Positions 11,444 through 24,616 of a stretch of DNA of 64,000 nucleotides are shown here, piece after piece. Within the stretch, counting starts at the first letter, position 1. The number at the start of each line of letters is the position of its first letter. The DNA comes from the human T2T-CHM13v2.0 reference genome, Homo sapiens: NCBI RefSeq assembly GCF_009914755.1, contig NC_060926.1; one strand, given 5' to 3'. The notes under the pieces were generated by a model, which saw nothing but the letters and a program-made list of their open reading frames with translations, was not told where the DNA came from and did not search any database. The position numbers and the translations under genes are program-made.

Positions 11444-14400
11444 GTTAGTGTATTGCCAAAGAACCCGATTTTAAGAACAGGATAGTCAGAAGTAGCTTTA
11501 GGGAACAGAAGTATGTGAGCTAATTCCATTTAGTTTATTAAAGCATGGTTATTGGTCATTAGTGATCTTTGCAATCAATTTGTCTATTTTGGGGGGCTTT
11601 GTATAGTTTTACAAGATAAAAAATAGATTTATTGTGTAACAAAAACAAAATATTGTAAAATTCAAAGGCGAACTCATTTATTTTTATATTTCTCTTTGAA
11701 ACAAGTATCTAATCTGCAAGCTTTGCTTTCCTTCTAGAATTACCTGTCTTTAGTATCTCTTCTATCCACTGAGTAACTACTGAAATCTCAGGTAATCAAG
11801 TAAAACATGAATTAACTAGCCTGCTTGTGGAACAGGTGCTCTGATTAAGCTTATTTTCTAGTTAAATCAGAATAAATCAGAAACCTCTTTTATTCCTTAT
11901 TGTTGACAATCTTCACAAAATTCATACATCTACTTTCTTGTCTTAGTGAATAGAGCAGAATGAACATTATTTCTCTTTTCATTTTGATGTGATAAGGTAC
12001 ACATGTGGGGCAGGGATTTGCATGGGATATGAATTCAACCTAGATTATCATTCAGATTGAATACATCTGATAACCTTAATTCAGGGGATCTTTCCAAAAA
12101 ACAGAGCAGGGTCAATATTAAAAAAATCAATATGCTTAGTTGTGTTGTGGCCATTATTTGTGTTTATGTCATATAAATGATAAATTTATATAAAGCTCTG
12201 GAACACAGAAAACGAGTTCTTCATGCAAAACAAGATGACATTTTCTAAACCAAATTTGACTGGCTTATTTTTCAACATATTCATAAATGATGCCAGTATT
12301 TTAAGAGTAAGCAATATCTTTCTCTTCCCTAGAAATTTCTTCTGCTTTCTCTAATTTTCTATGAATTTCATTATATTGTTAATATCTCATTATGAATCTT
12401 GTTATTGAGATTTTATGAACCTCCTTATCTCAATATCATTGTATTCACTCTGGTTCTAAAATTCTATGCTTCTACATTTCTAGACAAGTTAGTAAGGGCT
12501 CTACTTTAGGCTAGCATTAAAGGTAATATGGACGGTGCTGAAGCAACTTCAAGCAGGTGATTACCATTGCTCTTGGTCCGGTATGCTGTGGCGAACCTTT
12601 TGCACAATTGCTTTCAGCTGATCTGTTTTCCCCGCAATAGATTTTCCCATTCCTCATCCCTACCCCGACACTCATTCACAAGGCAAATAATTGCCTCCTA
12701 AAAAATCCAGGACCAGTATCTGAAACACAACAGGAAATACTAAAACGTATAACGCTTTAATTTTTGCCAATCATCCCCTATAATCTGTAAATGCAAAAAA
12801 AAAAACACAAAAGTTAGTTTTAATGCGATTTTAGAGGACCTCACAGAGGAGATACCTGGATAGGAGACAGTTGAAACCAGTTGAGCCTTTTGAACCAAAG
12901 TAAAAGGTAAGAGCTTTTAAATGACCAAGTGGTGACACCAAAGGAGATTAAAACTGTAAATGGATGTGGACCCTTAGGGTCTAGAAGAAAAACTGAAAAG
13001 GTTTGTGATTTACTGCTTTGAGGACAGTGAGGCCAGGAGATGATTTATTCTCAATTTTTATTTGTATCTTGAAGAAAGGAGACTCATTAGGTAAATGTAA
13101 GTTTAAGTACAATTTGTATTAAAGAGGAATAAAATTTGAATGTACCTATTAAACATCAAACTGAAGGGAAATTCTGCAAGTCATACAGTGCTCAAAGTTT
13201 GCTGGCTGACGTTGTGTGGCTGATACTCTCCTGCAAGCTCACACAGTTTGAGTGTGTCTTCCTACATTCCACGTGGAAAGGAAAACAATAAACACTGAGT
13301 CCATTGTACTAAAAGTGTGCACTGGGAGCTGACCTATGCTCTTTTGTAAAATCAATTTGGCACTCACCCTGTGTTCTCCTCGAACTGGACTTGTCTTATT
13401 AAATTGCATTTTATTTCCTTCCACCTCCACCACTTCCCTATTGTTCTGTCTACTGTGTCTGCCAATTACATGTGACCTTGCTGTTTTCACGAAGAAATCT
13501 TGCAGCCCTTTAACCTTCCAAAACTCAGATATTCTCCCACACACACTAAGGCAATGGAAACATGTTTTGGAATAATATGCCAGATAGAGTGATAACTCTC
13601 AAGAGTGAGAAGTTATATTTGACCATGATAAGTATAACATTTTAACGTTAACTAGACCCATGCAATACCTGTGTATAAATATTGAAAGTGATGTTTATAA
13701 ATGAGTTCCCATCATAGTATTGCCTAAAAATTAGATCCTTTAAAAAATTTTTTCTTCAGAACGTATTTATTTGCACCTCTGTCACAAAAATAAAATTGAA
13801 TTCACTATCTCCTCCTTGTTACCAAGGGCTCTGGGTTAGTTATACAGCGTGATTAATATTGATCCTGGGGGAGTAAAACTGTGCTCTTGTTTATAGAGTG
13901 AAAGAGAAGTTTATTTTTTTATCTATAACTATCAGTTTTTAAAGGTGAACAAACCCAGGTATTCAGATTCACATTGTATTTTTTCTCTATTATGCCTTCT
14001 CAGTAGAAATATGTAGTGAAATCCTGGTCTAAGTAAGGTCCTGTTATGGCACCTGCCACTTCAGTGCACTCTGGTACTTCACCATTTACTCTTAAAAAAT
14101 GAAGATGGGATTTTGCTTATATTACTACCACAATTATTAAAACAACAACAACAAAAAAAATGGTTTTGCTGAAGGCTTGGGCAGTTTGAAATGTGTTTAA
14201 CCTTATTTAAAAGCTATACTGATGCTGTAAAAATCCTGGGTCATAGATAGGGTAAATCTATTAATGTTAGAGAAGAGACAAAGGAGAGTGTGCATTTAAA
14301 AATAGAATGTTGAGGCAAATTAATTTACTTATATACCATATGCAAATGTTTTGGATATTTTTCATAAGTGTCCATCTGGGAAATCCTTTGTGTTGCTGAT

Positions 14401-14671
14401 AATTTAACATGTTACTGTCTCTGCTTTGACCTTTTTGAAAATACACTGGTTAAGAGGGACTAATGCTTTAATATTATTTTATTACTATATTTTAATGTTT
14501 CAAGTTCGCGTTATAGATTACTTTAAAATGGACCATTTTTGATCAGTTAATCTTAAGTTATGAGTATTGGGGAGTTCGAAGAGAAAATGAGAGTGTATGA
14601 ATTTCTTATACGTGAAGGATATGGGAAATGACTAACAAGGTGAGATTTTACAGTGTCTTCTTTTTGGTTCT

Positions 14672-14970
14672 TGCTATAGACCAAATGTTTGCTTCCCCCG
14701 CCCCACCTCTTCAAATTTATGTGTTAAAACTGAATCCTCAATATAAGGGTATTTGCAGGTGGGACCTTTGAGAGGTTATCGGGTCATGAAGGCAGAGCCC
14801 TCATGAATGGCATTAGTGCCCTTTTTTAAAAAAAGCCCCAGAGAAAATATGCTTTGATTCGGTGCTTTGATCAAGAACTTTCCAGCCTTTCGAACTATGA
14901 AAAATAAATTTCTATTGTTTATAAGCTACTTAGTTTATGGTATTCAGTTCTAGCAGCCTGAGCTAAGACA
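14672..14970 (+). mobile_element. MaLR solo LTR (MLT1A-like), internally deleted
   Basis: ggcagagccctcatgaatggcattagtgccctt, aataaatttctattgtttataagc, ends gctaagaca; TSD gttct/gtttt. Confidence 0.82.
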
Positions 14971-15872
14971 GTTTTGTTCAGTCAAAAACAGAAGAAAATT
15001 AAGAGCAGACTATGGGAATGAGAATGGTAAAAATAAATCAGAAAGGCAACCCCTTTGGAGCAAAATGATTCTGAAAGCTTTTCTCTGAAGCCCCAGAGAA
15101 TGAATCAGTATGAGCTTTCCAGTATTTCTATCAACAGCTCATATGCTGCTTAACTTCAAGTTCTCCTATACTGAGAATTCTCGAGACACACAGCAGCGTT
15201 TTCTGAACCGTGCAACCTAGTATATTTCTGGTGAAAGTGATCACTAACTATGGTTGCCTTACATCTTAATAATGCATGCGATTCTATGAAGCCTTGGTTT
15301 CTTTCTCCACAAGCACACAGAAGTAACTCCATCAGCCAACTCAACCTCCTCTGCTTTGCCCAAAACCTTTTTTTTTTTTTTAGTTTTTTTCTACTCCTCT
15401 TGAAGATATATGATGTTGTTCCTTTCTGAAAATCTCACTGCCTGTGGAGACTGATTCTTCTGAATTACCTCCACGGGCTCCTCTTCATCTTGACATTTCC
15501 AAATTGTAGGTCCATGGGCCTACTCTTTTCTTTTTGTAGTCTTGTTCTTGAGATCTCTCTCTCTCTTTTCTCCTCTCTCCTACCTCTGCCTCTTTTCCTC
15601 TCTCTGCCTCTGGCTCTTTTCTCTCTCCCTGCTTGTTGATTTTAACCACCTCTCTGTATTTTTAATCCCCCCCTACAAGATCTAGGTCTTTTGTTTCTCA
15701 AGTATTTTTAAATGTCAAATGGGTACTTCCAAAGCAAAATATCCTCACTAAACTAATGTTTTTCCTTTTGAAACTAGCTTATCTTCCTTACAGTTCTATT
15801 AAAAACAGATACTATTTGAATGTCTCATGCCCAAGATATCAGCCCCTCAACCCCCAAACAACACATACCTGC

Positions 15873-16230
15873 TGTATTGGATTGGACTTCTGAGAAGCAA
15901 AGGCTGAGCCAGGAATTTGATATTGTGACTTACTGGAGGAGAGCTTGTCAGGAAATACCTGTAAAGATGTGAGAGAAGGGAAAGGAGTGTAGTAAGAATG
16001 TGATACTAGGTAAAGAGGAGGAAGGGATATGGTTTTGGAGCATAAACTAAACCATAGAATTGTTTTCCCTTTAACACAAGACTGGTCATTTGTGCCTTAT
16101 TAACTATTAACTGACTATAGGCACCTTTAAAGATGGGGTGGGTAACTTCCCATGCTAGTTCACTCAATTCAGTGGAAGGCACATTTCCTGTGACATGAGG
16201 CAGCTTTGAGCCTTTAGGGGATAATGCTCT
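15873..16230 (-). mobile_element. ERVL LTR16-like element inside L2 fragments
   Basis: tgtattggattggacttctgagaagcaaaggctgag start; aactgactataggcacc. Confidence 0.45.
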
Positions 16231-16470
16231 TGGTAGCTGATGGATGTGTGTACTGGTCACATAAATGGAATATGGATGAGCACCATAATGTCTGCTGCAA
16301 CCACATACACTCTTATCCTTTCTCAATTGTCTACTTCCATGATAGATATGAAATGTATCATTATCACTGCTACCACCATAGTAATGACTTTTATTATATG
16401 TCACGTGGGCTTGTATTTTACCACACTAATTGCTCTCTACACTGAATCTTCTAAATCCATTCCTATTTTT

Positions 16471-17853
16471 TAACTTTCAAGTTCATGGGTATATGTGCAA
16501 GTTTGTTATATAGGTAAACTTAGGACATGGGGGTTTGTTGTACAGCTTATTTCATCACTTGGGTATTAAGCCTAGTACCCACTAGTTATTTTTCCTCATC
16601 TTGTCCCTTGTCCTTTCCTCCACCCTACGATAGGCCCAGGTGTGTGTTGTTTCCATGTGTCCATGTGTTCTCATCATTTAGCTCCCATTTAAAAGAGAGA
16701 ACATGTCATATTTGTTTTATTGTTCTAGCCTTACTTTGCTGAAGATAATGGTTTCCACCTTCATCCATGTTCCTGCAAAGGACATGATCTCATTTACTTT
16801 TATAGCTGCATGGTATTCCATAGTGTATATGTACCGCATTTTCTTTATGTAATCTATCACTGGTGGGCATTTAGGTTGATTCCATGTCTTTCCTATTGTG
16901 AACAGTGCTGCAATGAACATATACATTCATGCATCTCTATAATGCAACAATTTATATTCCTTTGAGTAATGGATTGCTGGGTGGAATGGTATTTCTGCTT
17001 TTAGATCTTTGAGGAATTGCCACCCTGTCTTCCATGGTGGTTGAGATAATTTACACTCCCACCAACATTGTGCAAGAGTTCCTTTGTCTCTCCAACCTCG
17101 CCAGCATGTTATTTTTTGACATTTTGATAATAGCCATTATGATTGGTGTGAGATGGTATCTCACTGTGATTTTGATTTGCATTTCTCTAACGACCAGTGA
17201 TGTTGAGCTTGTTTTCATGTTTGCTGGCTGCATGTAGGTCTTTTGAGAAGTGTCTTTTCATATCCTTGGCCCACTTTTTAATGGGGTTGTTTGTTTTTAT
17301 CTTGTAAATTTAAGTTATTTATAGATGCTAGATATTGAACCCCTACCAGATGCATAGTTTGCAAAAATTTTTCCCATTCTGTAGGTTCTGTTCACTCTGT
17401 TGATAGGCCTTTGCTTTGCAGAAACTCTTTAGTTCAATTAGATCCCATTTGTCTATTTTTGCTTTTGTTGCAACTGCTTTTGGTGTCTTCATCGTGAAAT
17501 TTTTGCCCATTCTTATGTCCTGAATGCTACTGCCTAGAACATCTTCCAGGGTTTTTATAGTTTTGGGTTTTACATTAAATCCTTGATCCATCTTGAGTTG
17601 ATTTTTATATGTGGTGCAATGAAGGGGTCCAGTTTCAATCTTCTGCATATGGGTAGCCAGTTATCCCAGCACCATTTATCAAATAGAGAATCCTTTCCCC
17701 ATTGCTTGTTTTTTGTCAGGTATGTCCAAGATCAGATAGTTGTAGGTGTGTGGCCTTATTTCTGGGTTCTCTATTCTTTTCCGTTGGTCTATGTGTCTGT
17801 TTTTATACTAGTACAATGCTGTTTTGGTTACTGTGCCCTATAGTATAGTTTGA
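16471..17853 (-). mobile_element. 5'-truncated older L1PA (about L1PA11-16) 3' portion
   Basis: catgggggtttgttgtacag...ggtattaagcctagtaccc 3'UTR; minus ORFs [19 protein letters not shown] and REMQIKITVRYHLTP are ORF2p fragments. Confidence 0.88.
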
Positions 17854-18208
17854 GTTGTTGTTGTTGTTTTGATTTTTCATTTTCATAGTTTGGGGGGAAC
17901 AGGAGGTGTTTGGTTACATGAATAATTTCTTTAGTGGTGATTTCTGAGATTTTGGTGTACCCATCAACCAAGGAGTATACAGTATACCCAATTTGTAGTC
18001 TTTCATCCCAAGTCCCCAAAGTTCATTGTATCATTCTTATGCCTTTGTGTCCTCATAGCTTAGCTCCCACTTATGAGTGAGAATATACAATGTTTGGTTT
18101 TCCATTCTTGAGTTACTTCACTTAGAATAATGGTCTACCAATTCATACCAGGTCGCTGCAAATGCCATTATTTTGTTCCTTTTTATGGCTGAGTAGCATT
18201 CCATGGTG

Positions 18209-18209
18209 G

Positions 18210-18247
<38 letters not shown>
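18209..18247. repeat. (GT)n(AT)n microsatellite inside the L1
   Basis: Direct read. Confidence 0.95.
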
Positions 18248-20085
18248 CAATTTGTTTATCCACTCATTGATTTATGGGCATTTGGGCTAGTTCCATATTT
18301 TGCAATTGCAAATTGTGCCACCATAAACATGTGTGTGCAAGTATCTTTTTGTGTAATGGCTTCTTTTCCTTTGGGTAGAAACCCAGTAGTGGGATTGCTG
18401 ATTCAAATGGTAGTTCTACATTTCGTTCTTTAAGGAATTTCCACACTGTTTCCCATAGTGGTTGTACTAGTTTACATTCCCACCAGCAGTGTAAAAGTGC
18501 TCCCTTTTCTCCACACCCCCATCGACTCTATTATTTTTTTATTTTTTTGATTATGGCCATTCTTGCAGGAATAAGGTAGTATCACATTATTGTTTTGATT
18601 TGCATTTCCTAGTGATATTGAGCATTTTTCATATGTTTGTTTGCCATTTGCATATCTTCTTTTGAGAACAGTCTATTTCGCCCACTTTTTGATGAGATTT
18701 TTTTTTCTTATTTATTTGAGTTCCTTGTAGACTCTGGATATTAGTCATTTGTCAGATGTATAGATTGTAAGGATTTTCTCCCACTCTGTAGATTGTTTGT
18801 TTACTCTGCTGATTGTTTCTTTTTCTATGTAGAAGCTTTTTAGCTTAAGTCCCATGTATTTATTTTTGTTTTTGTTACATTTGCTTTTGGGTTCTTGATC
18901 AAGAAGTCTTGGCCTAAGCCAATGACTAAAAGGATTTCTCTGATGTTATCTTCTAGAATGTCTATTGTTTCAGGTCTTAGATTTAAGTCCTTGATCAATC
19001 ATGAGTTGATTTTTGTATGAGGTGAGAGGTGAGAATCTGGTTTCATTCTTCTACATGTGGCTTGCCAGTTATCTCAGCACTATTTGTTGAACAGGGTGTC
19101 CTTTCCTCATTTTGTTTTTGTTTGCTTTGTCAAAGATCAGTTGGCTGTAAGTATTTGGCTTTATTTCTGGGTTCTCTATTCTGTTCCATTGGTATATGTG
19201 CCTAGTTTTATACCAGTACCATGCCGTTTTGGTGACTATGGCCTTATAGTACGGTTTCAAGTCAGGTAATGTGGTGCCTCTAGATTTGTTCTTTTCGCTT
19301 TGTCTTACTTTGGCTATTCAGGCCCTTTTTTGGTTCCATATGACTTTTAGGATTGTTTTTTCTAGTTCTGTGAAGAATGATGGTGGTATTTTGATGGATA
19401 TTGCATGGAATTTGTAGATTGCTTTTGGCAGTATCGTCATTGTCACAATACTGATTCTACCCCTCCATGAGCATGGAATGTATTTCCATTTGTTTGTGTC
19501 ATCTATAGTTTATTTCAGCCATGTTTTGTAGTTTTCCTTGTAGCAGTCTTTCACCTCTTTTGTTAAGTATATTCCTAAGTATTTTACTTTTTTGCAGCTA
19601 TTATAAGGGGTTGGGTTCTTGATTTGATTCTCATCTTTGTTGCTGTTTGGTGTATAACAGAGCTACTGATTTCTGTACATTAATTTTGTATCCTGAAATT
19701 TTGCTGAATTATCAGTTCTTGGAGCTTTTCGGATGAGTGTTTTCTAGGTTTTCTAGGTATATAATTGTATCAACAGCAAACAGTGACAGTTTGACGTTCT
19801 TGTTACTGAATTGGATGCCCTTTATTTCTTTCTCTTGTCTGATGGCTCTGCCTAGGACTTTTAGTACTATGTTGAATAGAAGTGGTGAGAATGGGCATCC
19901 TTGTCTTGTTCAAGTTCTCAGGGTGAATGCTTTCAACTTTTCCCCATTCAATATTATGTTGGCTGTGGTTTTGTCATAGATGGCTTTTATTAAATTAAGG
20001 TATGTCCCTTAATGCCAAGTTGACTAAGGGTTTTAATCATAAAGGGATGCTGGATTTTGTCAAATGCTTTTCCTGCATCTATTGA

Positions 20086-20406
<321 letters not shown>

Positions 20407-20577
20407 GTGATTTTTGTTTTTAATTCTGTTTGACTTGCAGATGTTAAACCATCCCTGAATCCCTGGTATGAAACTGACTTAATCATAATGGAATATCTTT
20501 TTGATATACTGTTGGATTTAGTTAGCTAGTATTTTGTTGAGAATTTTTGCATCTATATTTATCAGGGATATTGGTGT

Positions 20578-20648
20578 ATGGTGGTTTTTTTGTTTGTTTT
20601 TTTTTTTGTTGTTGTTGTTGTTTTTTTGTTTGTTGTTGTTGTTGTTGT
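20578..20648. repeat. (TTG)n/T-rich expansion inside L1 ORF2
   Basis: Direct read; produces the poly-T/K run in ORF 20562-20825. Confidence 0.9.
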
Positions 20649-23535
20649 GTCCTTTCCTGGTTTGTGTATTTGGGTAATACTGGCTTCATAGACTAATTTA
20701 GAGGGGATTTCTTCTTTCTTTATCTTTTGGAATAGTGTCAATAGGATTGGTACCAATTCTTCTTTGAATGTCTGATAGAATTTAGCTGTGAATCCATTTG
20801 GTCCTGGACTTTTTTTTGTTGGCATTTTTTAAATTGCCATTTCAGTCTCACTGCTTGTTATTGGAAGATTGTATATTTTCAGGAATTTATCCATCTCCTC
20901 TAGGTTTTCTAGTTTATGTGTGTAAAGGTGTTCATAGTAGCATTGAATGATCTTTTGTATTTCTATGGTATCAGTTGTAATATCTCCCATTTTGTTTCTA
21001 ATTGAGATTATTTGGATCTTCTCTCTTCTCTTGGTTAATCTTGCTAATGGTCTATCAATTTTATCTATCTTTTCAAAAAGTCACCTTTCTATTTTATTTA
21101 TATTCTGTATTTTTTGTTTGTTTCAATTTCACTTAGTTCTATTCTGATCTTTGTTATTTCTTTTCTTCTGCTGGGTTTGGGTTTGATTTGTTTCTCTAGT
21201 TCCCTGAGGTGTGACCTTACATTGTCTATTTGTGCTCTTTCAAACTTTTTGATGTAGTCATTCAAGGCTGTGAACTTTCCTCTTAGCACTGCATTTGATG
21301 TATCCCAGAGGTTTTGATAGGTTGTGTCAGTATTATCATTCAGTTCAAAGTTTTTTTAAATTTCCGTCTTGATTTCATTGTTGACCCAGTGATAATTCAG
21401 GAGCAGGTTATTTAATTTTCATGGTTTTGAGGGTTTCTTTTGGAGTTTCTTTCCAATTTTATTCCACTGATAATACTTGATATAATTTCAGTTTTTAAAA
21501 ATGTATTGAGACTTGTTGTGTGGCCTATCATATGGTCTACCTGGGAGAATGTTCCATGTGCTGATGAACAAAATGTATATTCTGCAGTTGTTGGGTAGAA
21601 TGTTCTGTAAATATCTGTTAAGTCCATTTGTTCTAGGGTATAGTTTGTTTATTTGTTGACTTTCTGTCTTGATTAGCTATCTAGTGCTGTCAGTAGAGTA
21701 TTGTAGTCCTTCACTATTATTGTGTTACTGTCCATCTCATTTCTTAGTTGTAGTAGTAATTGTTTATAAATTTGGGAGCTTCATTGTTAGGTGCATATAT
21801 ATTTAGGATTGTAATATTTTCCTGTTGGACAATTCTTTTATCACAATATAATGTTCATCCTTGTCTTTAAGTGCTGTTGCTTTAAGGTTTGTTTTGTCTG
21901 ATATAAGAATAGCCAATGCTGCTCAGTTTTGGTGTCCATTTTCATGAAATGTATTTTTCCACCCCTTTACCTTAAGTTTTTGTGATTCCTTATATGTTAG
22001 GTGAGTCTCTTGAAGACAGCAGATACTTGGTTAATGAATTCTTATCCATTCTACTATTCTGTATCTTTTAAGTGGAGTACTTAGGCCATTTACATTCAAT
22101 GTTATTATTGGGATATGATGTACTATTTTATTCTTCGTGCTATTTGTTGTCTGAATACCTTATTTTAAAGCATTATTTATTATGTTTTTGTTTTATAGGT
22201 CTTGTGAATTTATGCTCTAAGGAGGTTCTGTTTTGGTGTGTTTTGAGGATTTGTTTCAAGATTTAGAGCCTCTTTTAGCAGTTCTTGTAGTGCTAGCTTG
22301 TTAGTGGCAAATTATCTCACCATTTGTTTATCTGTAAAAGACTGTATCTTTCTTTTATTTATGAAGCTTAGTTTTGCTGGAAACAAAATTCTTGGCTGAT
22401 AATTGTTTTCTTTAAAGAGGCTGAAGATAAGGCCCCAATCCCATCTAGCTTGCAGTGTTTCCGCTGAGAAATCTCCTGTTTAATTTGATGGGTTTTCCTT
22501 TATAGGTTACCTGGTGCTGTTGCCTCACAGTTCTTAAGATTATTTCCTTCATCTTGACTTTAGATAACCTGATGACTATGTACCTAGGCAACGATCTTTT
22601 TATAATGAACTTCCCCGGTGTTCTTTGAGCTTCTTATATTTGGATGTCTAGATCGCTAGCAAGGCCAGGGAAGTTTTCGTCAATTATTCCCTCAAGTATG
22701 TCTTCCAAACTTTAGATTTATTTTCTTCCTCAGGTACACCAATTATTCTTAGGTATGGTTGTTTAACATAATCCCAAACTTCTTGGAGCCTTTGTTAATT
22801 TTTTTTTAATTCTTTTTATTTTTCTTTTTGGATTGGGTTAATTTGAAAGCTTTGTCTTCAAACTCTGCAATTATTTCTTCTACTTATTTGATTCTATTGC
22901 TGAGACTTTCAAGTGCATTTTACATTTCTCTAAGTAAGTTCTTCCTTTCCAGAAGTTGTGGTTGTCTTTTATTTATGCTATTTCATTGAAGATTTTTCTT
23001 TCATATTTCGTATCATTTTTATTTTTTATTTCATTAAGTTGGACTTTACCTTTCTCTGGTGCCTCCTTGATTAACTTGATAATTAAACTTTTGAATTCTT
23101 TTTCCAGCAATTCAGGATTTCTTCTTTGTATCCATTGCTGGTGAGCTAGTGTGATCATTTGGTGGTGTTAAAGAATCTTGTTTTGTCATATTGCTAGAAT
23201 TGTTTTTCTGGATCCTTCTCATTTGGGTAGTCTTTGTCAGAGGGAAGATCTGGGGCTCAAGAGCTGCTATTAGAAACTTCTGCCCCATGGGGTGTTCCTT
23301 TGATGTAGTGCTCTCTCCCTTTTCCTAGTTATATGACTTCTTGAGAGCTGAGCTGCAGTAATTGTTATTTCTCATATGGATCTAGCCACCCAGAGGAGCT
23401 ACTGTGCTCCAGGCTGGTACTGGAAGGTATCTGCACAGAGTCCTGTGACATGAAAGGTCTTCAGGTCTCTCAGCTGTGGATACTAGCACCTCCTCTGGTG
23501 GAAGTGGCAGGGGAGTGAAATGGACTCTGTGAATA

Positions 23536-24616
23536 TATCGGGGGAACCTGCCCCCAATAATTCAATGTTATTTCATGTAGGTTCTTTTCTATTTCCCTAA
23601 GTGTTGGCCAGTCTGAGAAATAAAGGGAAAGAGTACAAAAGAGAGAAATTTTAAAGCTGGGTATCCAGGGAAGACATCACATGTCAGCAGGTTCTGTGAT
23701 GCCCCCCAAGCCGCAAAACCAGCAAGTTTTTATTAGTGATTTTCAAAGTGGAGGGAGTGTACAAATAGGGTGTGGGTCACAGAGATCATATGCTTCACAA
23801 GGTAATGAAATATTACAAGGCAAATGGAGGTAGGGTGAGATCACGGGACTGGGGTGAAATTAAAATTGCTAATGAAGTTTCGGGCACACATTGTTATTGA
23901 TAACATCTTATCAGGAGACAGGGTTTGAGAGCGGACAACCAGTCTGACTAAAATTTACTAGGAGGGAATTTCCTCGTCCTAATAGGCCTGGGAGCACTAC
24001 GGGAGACCGGGGCTTATTTCATCCCTTATCTACAACTGTAAAAGACAGACATTCCTAGAGCAGCCATTTTAGAGACCTCTCCCTAGGAACGCATTGTCTT
24101 ACTCAGGGCTGTTCCTTGCCGAGAAAAAGAATTCAGCGATATTTCTCCTATTTGCTTTTGAAAGAAGAGAAATATGGCTTTGTTCCGCTCGAATCTCAGG
24201 CACCCAGACCTAATGGTTATCTCCCTTGTTCCCTGAACATTGCTGTTATCCTGTTCTTTTTTCAAGCTGCCCAGATTTCATATTGTTTAAACACACATGC
24301 TTTACAAACAATTTGTGCAGTTAACGCAATCATCACAGGGTCCTGAGGCAACATACATCCTCAACTTACGAAGATGACGGGATTAAGAGATTAAAGACAG
24401 GCATAGGAAATCACAAGAGTATTGACTGGGGAAGTGATAAATGTCCATGAAATCTTCACAATTTATATTCAGAGATTGTAGTAAAGACAGGCATAACAAA
24501 TTATAAAAGTATTTATTTGGGGAACTAATAAATGTCCATGAAATCTTCACAATTTTATGTTCTTCTGCCATGGCTTCAGCCAGTCCCTCTGTTCGGGTCC
24601 CTGACTTCCTGCAACA
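23536..24616 (-). mobile_element. MER11 (HERV-K11/HML-8) solo LTR
   Basis: Minus strand starts tgttgcaggaagtcagggacccg and ends ggttcccccgata; 1081 bp; 6-bp TSD tgaata (23530-23535) / tgagta (24617-24622). Confidence 0.93.

Noticed and set aside
16006-16473. Three overlapping ORFs (132, 73 and 77 aa)
   Set aside because: They span decayed LTR/L2 sequence and show no domain-like features.
24435-24560. Direct repeat aaatgtccatgaaatcttcacaattt x2
   Set aside because: As I recall, this is an intrinsic feature of the MER11 LTR consensus, not locus-specific.
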